Shown here: in pieces, positions 10,746-22,395 of the stretch
Layout of the letters: every line of letters begins with the position of its first letter
How positions within the stretch are numbered: position 1 is the first letter of the stretch
Origin: Sminthopsis crassicaudata
Lineage: Eukaryota
Assembly: GCF_048593235.1 (NCBI RefSeq)
Contig: NC_133622.1
Coordinates: 12,462,001 to 12,526,000, forward strand
Reading direction: 5' to 3'
DNA: 64,000 bases
The notes under the pieces: generated by a model
Seen by the model: the letters and a program-made list of their open reading frames with translations, nothing else
What the model was told of the DNA's origin: nothing
Databases searched by the model: none
Made by a program: the position numbers and the translations under genes

Positions 10746-13149
10746 TTCTCACCCTGTATTGGATATAATTAAAGAAATGGGATTAACCTAACATTTTCCT
10801 AGGCTAATAAAACAATTCATTTTAAAGAAAAGTGAGGTTGTAACTGGGCAGATTATAATGTGCTGTATTCTAAAAAACATAGAGTAGCTAGAAAAGAAGA
10901 TACATATTTTTTAACATCCTTCTTGAATGCAGATTTGGTAAGGGAGCAGAGAAATGGCAGAAAAGGGAAAATCCTCAGGAAGAAGGGGTGCTAAAAAGAA
11001 GCTGTGATTGCATTCCATTTACCTTAGTTTGAAATCCATCAACTTGTTCATTCATTGGTTGGTAAGCAAAGTGGCCTGCTCTTTATTCAAGAGGAAATAT
11101 TAAAAATAGGGATGGGATAGAAAGATGCTAGAGGTTCAAAAAAGCTTAATGTAGTGCTCTATCATCAACAGAACTGAATCAACCTGTCCCAATTTTGTTA
11201 CCTCAGACCCACAGAGAGTAAAGTTTCACCTATGTACAATGTCCCTCTCCAAAAAAAACAAAGAGCACATTCAAGTAGGTAGATTTTGTATTTTTTGGTA
11301 TGAACAATGAAAATTGACCTCAAGAAAAAAGCTGGGTTTTGCATCATTAAAAAGCTGAAATTCTCTTGGATATAATTTTAGTTTAAAATTGTCATATTTT
11401 ATTATATTCTAAATGCTAATACATCAAGGACACATAAATTCTCAAGATCGGAGAGGTTTTTAATTGCTGCTAGCATCTGAGGTAAAGTGGGGTTTAGACC
11501 TTCCTGTTGCCAAGCCAGCATGATGCCCACTGCATTATGCTGTCTCTTTGATTAGAATTATCTTTCACATGTTTTGACAATTGGGCATCCTTATACGATT
11601 TTAATAAAATTCTATGAGCCATAACAATCAATTAACCAAAACATCTCGTCCTCCATCATTGTAGCTAATGAGGAGTTTACTTTTGTAGTATTCCAGCCTG
11701 CTCTCCTTCAGCACTCTCCTGATTAAAAGACCTTTCCAAAAATAGCTTTGAGAATTTGGAAGCTAGCTAACATGGAAAAAACAGTGGCTTTGGGCCAGAA
11801 ATATTGCCACAACTGTTGCAAGGGCTTTTGACGTAAGATTAAATAAACTGGATTAGGAATACTGCATGTCTTTTGCAACCATGGTGATTCCTAACTAGAT
11901 CACGGTGATTTTAATCAGGCTTAGAAAACACTTCTACTTTATTAAAATATATAGCTTTACATATATTTACAATTACATGCTTGGAAACATCTGCTTTTTA
12001 TTATAGTTGCTGAAATCCATTTGTCATTTTCAAAAAGAGTAAAATTTCCCTACCATAGATAAAAGATTTACCTTCAATTATAAGTCTGCTTTGGCTTATA
12101 TTTGTATTGTTTCACATTTTTTTCTAATTTTGAAAAAAAAATCTGTCCCCAAATACTCTTCCTAATTCATGGTAGAGTTATTTTTAAGTGTGAAATTGGC
12201 TCTCCTCTGCACCCTGGGCTTCCTCAAAAAACAGATTCTCCTGTTAAACTTAAATTTCCTTATATTTAACTTCCATCTTTAGAACAGATATTTTTTAATT
12301 TAATTGTGCTTAACAATGAGAGTATTGATTAGAATGGTTGGATTATAGATAAATCTGCATGAAGTGTTCCTATTTTTCAACATAGATTTTATTTGGTTCT
12401 TGGACAAATGCCTAATTACATTTTCTAGTAGGTAAATAGCCAAACCCCACAGTAGACAGCTTTGTCTTATCCCTCAGGGTAAAAAGATCCAATGAGCCTT
12501 TGCAGTCAGTGATCTAAGAGTCATGATGTTCTGAGATAATGGTAAACAAGCTCTGGGGCTGGTTGTGATGAATACTGGCTCAGCCAAGATATGTGGAGCA
12601 AGATGAAATGTGTTTTCTAGGTTCACAGTGAGAAGCCAGCTCAAGTTTTATCTTTTAGAGAAAGTGAAATACCCAGATTTGTTTATTTTTTTTTCAATCT
12701 GCAAACCCGAATGTTCATTTTTATAGACCATGAAGAAGGAAACAATTTCCAAAATTATATAACTTCTAAAATAGTGGTTGGTATTTGAATATTTTGATTG
12801 GCCTGGACTTCATGAGATTTAGAGATTATCTATCATTTACAGGCAAAGCTGGTGAGCCTCACTGAGGAGAAATGGTACATAGACTTCTTGACTTGGAATC
12901 ATTCCCTGAATTCAAATATTGCCCCATCCAGAGTGGCTATATGATTGTGGATAATTCATAGCCTTCCCGATCTGCTTCCTTATTAATAACATAAGGTAAC
13001 AAAAACACACTAGCTCAAAAGATTGTTCTGAGTTTCCGATGATTCCAATGATTCTATATGAAGTAAGCTATACAAAATAAAGTGCTGTGATAATATTACT
13101 ATTCTCATTATAACTATTATCACACAGGTAGCAAATAGCATGATGATCT

Positions 13150-13460
13150 CTAATATTATTGCAATAAAATTACCTTAGATTTCTGAGCTGGTGCTCATTT
13201 TGAATTTTTGTGTGGGATTTCATGTGTTACTAACTAGTTTGGCCATTTCAATTGTATCCAACTCTTCATGATAATACCATTATCAATACTGGATTTTTTG
13301 GCAAACATACTGGAGTGTTTTGTCTTTTCTTTCTCTAGCTTATTTTGCAGATGAGGAAACTGAGGCAAAATCAGTTAATCAATTTGCCCAGGAGCCACAT
13401 TTGAACTCAGGTCTTACTGATTCTAGACCCAAAGCTCTATCCACTGTGCCATCTAACTTC
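13150..13460 (-). mobile_element. Mar1-type CORE-SINE (RTE-derived tail)
   Basis: TTTTTGGCAAACATACTGGAGTG tail, GCAGATGAGGAAACTGAGGCA core, TTTGAACTCAGGTCTT head. Confidence 0.7.
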
Positions 13461-13999
13461 CTTCACATATCACTACTAAATTAATAACTCAGAAGAATAG
13501 TACAGAAGAAAAGTGGGGAATTATCTGGATATTGGAAGGGATTGTAGCTTAATTCTAAAAGAAATCACTGTGTTGTATAGTTCCTAAACCTTTTCTGAAC
13601 TAAACCTAGAACTTCTTATCCTTTTTCAGCTTCATTTCTCCTCTCTTCCTTGCCTGCTGGACTGGCTTGGGAGAGTAGAGACTGGCGGAACCTGTGCCCA
13701 CTGTAACTGCCTCTACTCCTTTTGCTCTAGAGGCTGGTGGTGTAAATTCATTAAATCCTGAGGCAAGAACTGTGGGTAAGTCTGAAGAGGAGAGGTGAGG
13801 GAATCTGGCTTGGAACAAGTTAAGAGTCCAGAGAGGCAGGAGTAATAGGAGGATACCATCACAATTGAAGTGAGCGGCATGAGCCTAGAATAGTGAGATG
13901 ACTAAATGAGTGGCGAGGAGAGGAGGAGTGCCAGGGATATCATATACATACAGAAGACAAGATTTAGCAACCAGCAAGATATGTGATGAACAAAAACAA

Positions 14000-14340
14000 A
14001 ACAAAACTACAATTTAAATAAAATTTCATCCAACATAAGAGACTATAAAGGGATAAAAACCATTGAGAAATTTAAGTTGCTGTATCACTTTTTGGGATCA
14101 AAAGAATATCAATGAAAAAAATAAATTGCAAAGTAAGCATTATAAAGAAATCAAAACAAATACAAAGCAGTTACCAATGTATGTAAATAAAAGTGAAGAT
14201 GTTAAAATAATTAGAGAAATTACAGAATTGACACTCACTGTCTAAAAACAACTCAAAATAGCAAATTATAGTATCAGAAAAATCAAGCAAAAGTGAATAG
14301 ATAACAGAAAATGAAAAAAAATACCTCAGAAAGCAACTGA
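14000..14340 (+). mobile_element. Decayed L1 ORF1-region fragment
   Basis: Strongly A-rich, coiled-coil-like coding remnant ending AAAATACCTCAGAAAGCAACTGA, resembling marsupial L1 ORF1. Confidence 0.45.
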
Positions 14341-15639
14341 ACTAGTTACTAATTAAATTTTATCCAAAACCTGAACCTCACATAGCACTGGAGAAATGAT
14401 GATTTGTTGACATTTCTGCTAGTTCATGTCACTTGGCTGAAACTTGAAAGAATATGTTCTGTAAAGCTTTGGCTCTCAGTCAATGTTAGTTGATTGGCCA
14501 TCTTTCAAGGTACTGTGTAAAAACCATCTTGTCCATAAAACCTTCCTCTTTTGCCTCTTAACTCTTGTAGAATTTAATGTCTGAACAATTGGGGACATTT
14601 TTCCTATATTTTATTATTGTCATCAATGTATATGCCTTTAAAAATTACTTCTCATGCTTCTTGATGTCAAGAATATTGTATTTTTTATCTTTCCTTTTTC
14701 ATTGTTGCTACTTATAGAGCTGTATGATGAGGATTTGTTGAATAAATGAATGAAAAAATGAGTTTATGACTAGTTGTTGACTGATTAGATAAATAGAAAG
14801 AAAAGGTATATGCTCTCCTTTTATACTATTTCTGAAGATGAAAATTCAAAACAAGTCAAGTATTCAATGATGAAAATTCTTGTTATCTTACGCGTTAGTA
14901 GGCTGTCAATGAATGACAAGATCTATGGTAGAATATTGAATATATTGGTTCTATTGGTCTTGGAAGCAGCTGCCTTGGACTGTAATCCTAGCTTTGCCAC
15001 CAGTCAGATTATTGATTCTAAATCCAAGAGTATATCCGTGATCCAAGGAGGCTTTGAGGAATTTGGATAAATTAACTAAGGGATAATTGTAGGAAACTGG
15101 TATACTAATTTCCTGTTGCAAATGTATATTTAATTGGCTTTGCTGTAAAAGTTATGTGTATAATGCATTATCTTAACATTTAAAAAAAATCTTCTGTAAA
15201 TAAGACAGACAGCACTCAGCAGATGCTGCCTGAATTTCTCTTGGTTCCAGAGGAATATTTTCCCAGCAAATATTGGGGTCAGGTACCAGTTTTCTGGAAT
15301 GAGTATACATTTTAAGAAACTTTAATTTAATGGCAAAGCAGTTCTCAGTAGTTCAGGAAAGAAAAGGTATAAGTTAAAGGAAACTGTAATTTGTAGTGAT
15401 GGGAAGAGGGGGAAGTTAACAACTTCCTAAGCATAATGCTATTATAACCTGCCAGAGGCTGCTCAGTTCCAAGGGGGAAAATCAAATATAATCACATTTT
15501 GTGTCTAGAAGAAAAGACAAATAATATTAAGGGTCACTACAAAGAAAAGTTGTAATATATAAAACTTGTTATTGAACCAAAGTCTTGTGAAAGGGCTGAC
15601 AGAAACAAATTTTCATTCTTACTGAATAATCATAAAATA

Positions 15640-15900
15640 ATAATTATTAATAGAACAATTACAACAAATATTTATATAGCACTTATTATGTTCTAGGCAT
15701 TATGCTAAGACCTTTATATGTATCTCACTTGGTCCTGATAATTCTGAAAGTTGGTGCTATTATTATCTCCTTTTGACAGATGAGGAAACTGAGGCAAGAT
15801 TTAAGTCCTTTGTCCAAAGTAAGCTTCAGGGCTCATATATCAACCTGGGTGTTACAGACTCCTGTTCCTACTCTATCCACTAAGCCACTTAGTAGGCCCT
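15640..15900 (-). mobile_element. MIR
   Basis: ATTTATATAGCACTT tail; TTTTGACAGATGAGGAAACTGAGGCA core. Confidence 0.8.
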
Positions 15901-16281
15901 GTTCACAGGATTTTAGAGGTTGGGAAAGTAACTTAATGATCATACAAGTCATAATAAGAAATTGAGGAAGAGAGTGGCATTGACTTGGCTGAGAGTTCAC
16001 ACTTCATTAGCTTTGAAGTTAGCTCTAATTTCAAGGGTTCTTGATTATTCTAGATCTTTTCACAATGCCAACCTGTGTTCACCTGATAATAAGAAAAGTA
16101 TATTAAATAGGCACTTACTGCATACAGAATGACATTGTGTAATATTACTAGGAGACTTTCCATTAAATGAGGGATTCTAACGCTCCCTGTGAAGTCTATT
16201 TTAAAGATCACAAGTTTTTCAATAGATTTGGTTTTCTTTGTAACACTATGTGTTTTATTTTATGTTTTTTACATTATTCAG

Positions 16282-16313
16282 AGAATAAGTTTACTGGATT
16301 CATGGATCTGCCA
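16282..16313 (+). CDS. Candidate 32-nt micro-exon (unassigned)
   Basis: T-rich tract ending TTATTCAG, CCA|GTAAGG donor; open frame NKFTGFMDLP, phase-compatible with 18533-18760. Confidence 0.2.
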
Positions 16314-16416
16314 GTAAGGTACAAAAATTAAGAGCTTTGACATTCAGTAGACCACTTCTGAGACTGATAATTCAAGGAATGAACTCTACATCCTTAAATT
16401 TAATTTTAAAAAATAA

Positions 16417-18392
16417 CCAGGTCAAGATGGTAGAGTAAAAGCAGGAAAACTGTCCTGATATTCTACAACCAGAGAGTAAAACAGAAATGGAAACAATCCA
16501 CCGACCACCTCCTGAATTAGATCCCAAAATAAAAACTCCCAGGAATAACATAGCCAAATTCTGGAACTCCTTGGTCAAGGAAATAATATTGCAAGCATGC
16601 AGAAAGAAAATAATTTAAGTACAGTGGAGCCATAATTGGGATAACACAAGATTTAGCAGCTTCTACATTAAAGGGCCAATCAAATCTCCCTTTCCTGAAT
16701 ACCATTCTTCCTTTTCCCATTGAATGGAAGCTTCTTGAGGGTTCATTATGTAAACCATCTTTATTTTGGATTTCAATGCTCAAGTCTCAGGACTTGATTC
16801 ATCCTGGTTTAATCATATCCAACTCCTAGTGAAGGAGGGCTTGGAATATGATATTCCGGAAAGCAATGGAGCTAGGAATTGAGAATCACCTACCCAGCAA
16901 AACTGAGTATAATCCTTCAGAGAAAAAGGAGGTCAGTCAATGAAATAGAGGATTTTCAAACATTTGTGATGAAAAGACCAGAGCTGAATGGAAAATGTGA
17001 TTTTCAAACACAGGGCTCTGGAGAAGCACAAGGAAGTAATCAGGAAAGTGAAGTCATAAGGGACTTAATAAGGTTCATCTGTTTATATTACTCCATGGGA
17101 GGATGATACTTGTAATTCATTGGAAGGTTCTCATTATTATGAGAGTTAGAAGGAGTATGTATAGACAGAGGGCACAGATGTGCATTCAATATAATGGGAT
17201 AATATCTTTTCAAAAAATGATGAAATTAAGGAGTGAGAGAGGAATGTAATAGAAGAAAGGGAAAGGGAAAAGTGGAATGATGCAAATTATCTACTATAAA
17301 AATGGGCAAGAAAAAGCTTTTAGAGTAGAGAGGAAGAAGAAGAGGAATAGATGAGGGAATAAACATTACTTTCATCAGAACTGGCTCAAATACGAAATAA
17401 CATACATATTCTAAAAGGGTATAGACAATTTATCTTGCTCTGCAAGAAAATAGGAGGGGAATAGGATATGGAAAGGGAGGTGATAAAAGAGAGAACATTG
17501 GGAGAGGGAGTGGTCAGTAGCAAAACACTTTAGAGGAGGGACAGAGGGAAAGGAAAGAAAGAATAAATGGAGGGAAATACAATTAGCCATAGTAATTATA
17601 ATTAAAAAATGAAGCGATTTTATCTGATAAGACCTCATTTCTCCAAAAGAGGAAACTGAGTCAAATTTATAAAAATAAAAGCCATTCCCAATTGATAAAT
17701 GATCAAAAGATATGTTCTGGGCCCAAAGGGCTGTAAATTCATGCATATCCTTTGACCTGACAACAACACTGAAAAATTCTGTATGTTCAAAAAATATTCA
17801 TAGCAGCTCTCTTTTCAGGACAAAGAAAAAATAATTGGAAATTCATGGGATGCCCAACAATTGGGGAATGGCTCAATAAAATGGGGTGTGTGTTTGTGAT
17901 GGAATATTATCATTCTCTGGGAAATGATGAGTAGGATGTTCTCAGGAAAAAAAACACGTGCATATAAACAAAGTGAAATATACTATATACAAAGCAATAG
18001 CAATGTTCTGGAATGACCAGCTGTAAGTGACTTTGCTATTCTCAGCAGTACAATCACCCATGACTTCTCTGAAAGACTTATGATGAAAAATCCAATCTAT
18101 ACCCAGAGAAGAAACTGATTGTGTCTGAATACAGATTGAAGCATTCTCTCTTTCTCAAGCTCTATCTTTTTTAATTTAACTTTTCTTGAGGGTTTTTATT
18201 TTATTATGGTGGGAGAATTGTGTTTTCTTTCATAACTTGACTTCCATGGAAATATTTTGGATTAACTTCACATGTGGTTTCTTAATTGTGGATGGGGATA
18301 AGAGAGAAAACCTAGAACTCAAAAATCTTAAAAAAATGTAAAAAATGTTTTGAATATAATTGGGGAAAATATTAAATAAATTCAAAAATAAA
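16417..18392 (+). mobile_element. Internally deleted L1 (HAL1-like): 5' end, ORF1 C-terminal half, spacer, ORF2 tail, 3' UTR
   Basis: CAAGATGGTAGAGTAAAAGCAG 5'-end motif. ORF1 remnant includes RITYPAKLSI...FQTFVMKRPELN (16879-17106). ORF2 C-terminal motifs CTGATAAGACCTCATTT and CCATTCCCCAATTGATAAATG; L1 3' UTR and A-rich tail. No endonuclease or RT coding region. Confidence 0.85.
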
Positions 18393-18532
18393 CAAACATT
18401 TTACAGCCTGCTTCTTGTGCATTACTTCCAGCTGGTCTGGCAGTCGCACAGGTTGTAATGACACTTACCTCCCACTGGGAATTTTTCTTCTCTTTAAGAA
18501 CACTACTCCTTTTTTTATTAATTCCATTATAG

Positions 18533-18760
18533 TATCCTGGGGCTAACTACTGCCCAGCGAAGGAGACTGAAGTGTTCGAGCTGCTGGATTCTGAAATTTT
18601 CAAATTGTACAATTTTGGTCCTTACTCTGCTATTAGTGAAATGACTGCTCTCGGTATGGGCTGCTTCAATTTCCTACTATGGTTTTTAACTTTTGTTGCA
18701 TCAATATTTAAGGAGAAAGGAAAGCAACTGCAAGATTTTCATTTCAGTTTTCTGGACAAG
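18533..18760 (+). CDS. Candidate 228-nt phase 0-0 coding exon (unassigned)
   Basis: Acceptor TTTTTTTATTAATTCCATTATAG, donor AAG|GTATAA. 76 open codons (YPGANYCPAKETEVFELLDSEIFKLYNFGPYSAISEMTALGMGCFNFLLWFLTFVASIFKEKGKQLQDFHFSFLDK) with in-frame stops at both boundaries and three retained CpGs. Confidence 0.35.
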
Positions 18761-18845
18761 GTATAAGTAGAGATGCTTTTTTTCATTAGACTTTTTGAAT
18801 CTTTTTTTTCTGTTTTGTTTTTTGTTTTTCTTTATTCCTCTTCTA

Positions 18846-18965
18846 GGTGATGGTGAGAGAGAGACAGAGACAGAGACAGGAAGAGATGGGGAGAGAGGGA
18901 GAGAGAGAAAGGGGAGAACGTTGATAGCAAGAGAGAGAAAAAGTTGATAGAGAGAAAAAGGGGGG
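18846..18965. repeat. GA-rich low-complexity tract
   Basis: Direct reading. Confidence 0.85.
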
Positions 18966-19982
18966 GATTTTGATAGCTCCTTTTACTGTTTCCCAATGGG
19001 AGTGGGGGGCCATGTAATGTAGGATAAGGAACACTGAACTAGGAATCAGGAGATCTGAGTTCAAGCCCTGGCCCTATATTTAAGAATTTAGTTTCCACAT
19101 CTTCAAATGATGAATAAATTGAAATAAGTGATATTAGAGGCATTTTTCTCCGATTATTTCCAGGATACTAGCTCAGCTTTGGGTTAGTTCATGGACTTGC
19201 TTGGCCTCGCCCAGCATTCCATTTAGTAGCTGGGATCATATCCATATCACCTTAGACATTATTTGACTAGAATGTTTCAACATAGAGAATGATACCAATA
19301 CTAAGAAATTTGGCTGTGATTGTACCGAGCTCATATTGGAACCAGATTGACTTCTGCATGCCAGATGCAACTTTCTACTCCACCTCTCCAACCAAAACAA
19401 AGCTTCTCCAGAGCCTGACTGGATTTAGCTTTCCTATACAAGTTCCTGGTTATCTAGGAGCATCATGAATATACCCTGATGACTTTTTGACCAAACTGGT
19501 TTTCATTGCCCAAGAGAAACCCAGTTGGAAGCTCATACCAGCTTTGGAGCAGATCCTGAGCCCCTTAGTGGTTTCTGGATGTCCAAGAGACATCTCTACC
19601 TTCAAAGATGTTCCTGTAGGGTATGGGATTTTTAGACAATGCTATTTTATGGTTTTTGGACACCATCTTATCTCCACAGACTTTCCTCACTTTGATTATG
19701 TAGCTCTAGAAAGATCCTGATTTTGGAGACATCTTATCAAACACTGAATTGTGCACTGTGTATCTTCAAGAACTCCTTCTGATTTATGTATCAAAGGGCC
19801 ACAGCTCTAACACTTGGAATTCTTCATTCCCTTTACCCTAGGCATGAAACTCATAGACTTCTTTCTGGAAACCTAAGTTTCCTTCCTTTCCTCCCCCAAC
19901 CCAATTCCTTATCTTTCTTTGTTTAAAAGATATATAAAATCTTTCTCTGGCATCCTGTTCAGCACATGTTGGACAGTACCTG

Positions 19983-19991
19983 TACATACAT

Positions 19992-20026
<35 letters not shown>
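19983..20026. repeat. Compound (CA)n(TA)n microsatellite
   Basis: Direct reading. Confidence 0.95.
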
Positions 20027-20027
<1 letters not shown>

Positions 20028-20918
20028 TTTTCCCCCCCTGCTTAATGAAACCTTTCTTTAATTTTGCAAGTATTGTTTTTCTCTGGTTTTCTTCCCTTTA
20101 CAGAAAAAGGGAATTTAAATCTCAAGAACTGCCTTTGAATTCTCTTGGCTTTTTCCCATTTGAGGGAAAGAGAGATCTAAATTCCCTCAAGAGAGCACCT
20201 GCTTCATTTTATACTACTAACTCATTCACGCTTTTTTTCCATATCCTAAGCCATCAAACAGACAGAGACAAGCTGAACAGAGACAAGAATACAGACTTTA
20301 AGTATAAAACTAAACAAAAGGAAGTGAAACATACAGTGGTTAACCTTGAACCTTTGGTCTAGAAGCAATCTAAAACCACGTAAGATAAATAAACTATCAT
20401 TTCTCCTGAATCAGATATTTATATCATTTTTTTCCAATTTGTGGAATAAAATTTCTTTCTTGATAAGAATCCCACAAGTTTTTCTTCTTTTGCAATTTTT
20501 ATTTCTTGGCTTCCTTTCTCCAGTTGTCTAGATTGGTGCAGTTAAAATAATCATCCTTATTCATGACTTTCGTTATGTTTAGCCTTATCTGGAAGTGTTT
20601 CCAAATTTTTGTCCTTTGATTATTTGTACTGTTTTTGGGTTTTTACATTGTAATTTGTTTTATATTTACCTAGGTATCCAATTTATGAAAAGAGATAATG
20701 TAAATAAACAAAATGCTTGGCAATCCTTAAATCCTTATATTCTTTCATCATCATTTCTGTTATGTCATCAAAACTGTCACTCTAACTAACTTATAAACAT
20801 CTTGAGGGCAGGAGTATTGCTTACTGTATTATATTTAATTGGTAAGACAATGATTTGTTCATATTAAATCTTTGATATCTCTTTTAATTAAGGAAATTAT
20901 GAAAGATGCTTCACTAAG

Positions 20919-21297
20919 TGTTAACATGCTGCTTTCTCCAGAAGCTGCTGATCTCTCTCTGGGAGGAGATCTGCTGTGTCAACTCAAATCTCTCAGGACA
21001 GATTCTTCTTCCTATAGAGAACCGACTTCCCTTCCTGCAGAGAGCAGCCTCAAGTCTGGTCCAGAAAACAACTCCCTTTTTCCTCCAGAGCTAACCTCTT
21101 TATCCTCCCAGAGAATGGGCGTGGGATAATGCAAGGGCTTCTGGGAAGAATTACTTCAACCAATGAACTTGCTCCTCCTAAGCATGCAAGCTCTTCCCCA
21201 GAAAAGGCCGGAACTAGAGAATTGTCAAGTACCGACTTAGCACTTAGTAAGAACCTAATATCTCATTATATCATTAGCACTTAGTAAGAAGCTAACA
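20919..21297 (-). mobile_element. Solo ERV LTR (379 bp), class II-like
   Basis: TGTTA...TAACA termini; perfect 6-bp TSD ACTAAG (20913-20918 and 21298-21303); 24-bp U3 direct repeat; CCAAT-like and TATA-like (GATAAA) motifs in minus orientation. A 6-bp TSD is typical of class II (beta-like) ERVs. Confidence 0.9.
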
Positions 21298-21599
21298 ACT
21301 AAGACTCAGGATGTTTTCAATCTAATGTCACAGATGTCCTTGCCTGTTCTCACATTTAAACTTCTGGCTTTTTCTTTTTCAATTTTCCTCTTTCCTAATG
21401 AATCCACATGTATTTTTACAGACATATGCTATCTTTAATCTTATCATTTGAGATTAAGGACAAGAAGAATGATCATTTCAACCATGCTGAACTGAAATAA
21501 AACAATATTTTATTGATGGAAACTAGAGACTGTACATTGCTGAAACAAATGCTTAATCCAAGAGCACTATTTTACCACTACTACTAAGGAATCTATTGT

Positions 21600-21890
21600 G
21601 TAGACAAACTTAAAAAAATTAAAAAGAGAGACAGAACTAGACAGAGAGCCAGATAGAAGCAGAGTTGGACAGAAAGACAGAGAAATAAATATAAAGGAGG
21701 TAAGGTTAGTAAGAGAGAAATAGGAGAAGAAAAAAGGGGATAGCACATGATGGAGAAATACAGAAAATATATGAAAAAAAGAGCAAAATGAAGGAAGAAA
21801 AGGTGGTATGAAAGGAGAGGCATGGTAGAGAAGAATGAAAAATTGAAGAATGGAAATTGGGGATGGAGAGAGACAGAAAAAAAAGGCTGA
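21600..21890. repeat. GA-rich low-complexity tract
   Basis: Direct reading. Confidence 0.8.
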
Positions 21891-22199
21891 TATCTAAAGG
21901 TAGGTTCAGCAGATTTGATTCACATTCACTTTGAAGCTTATAGAACTATAATGATCTACAAAGAAGTAGCTTAGTTCATAATGTCAAAAAACCATTTATT
22001 GAAGTTAGCCTAAACCTTTTCTTAAGTAATTGTCAACACGGAATGATGGAGAAAAGAAGGATTTGGAGTCAGAGTACCTGACTTCAAACTCTGATCCCTA
22101 GTTGTTCTTAATGAGCTATCAAATGAAATCGCTGAAATGGATGAATCACAAGATTCCTTCTGCTTATACGATGCTACAAAACTATTCAGTGGATTTGTG

Positions 22200-22395
22200 A
22201 TTATCCCAATATTGGCACTCCCTCTTAACTTATTTTATATTCTCAATTTATCTGGCAATTAGGTGAACTTTCTGAACCATTTTTCATGATAATGTTATGA
22301 ATGCAAAAAATAAAGAAGCCAATTATATAGAAAAAAGTTATCAAATTATATAAAATAAATCCCAGGCTCATAGGCCCCAGTTTAAAAACTCTTGG
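22200..22395. mobile_element. hAT-Charlie-type non-autonomous DNA transposon remnant
   Basis: GAATGCAAAAAATAAA...CCAATTATATAGAAAAAAGTTATCAAA...GGCCCCAGTTTAAAAACTC matches the recalled Charlie7-like terminal region; similar to 24060-24205. Confidence 0.6.
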
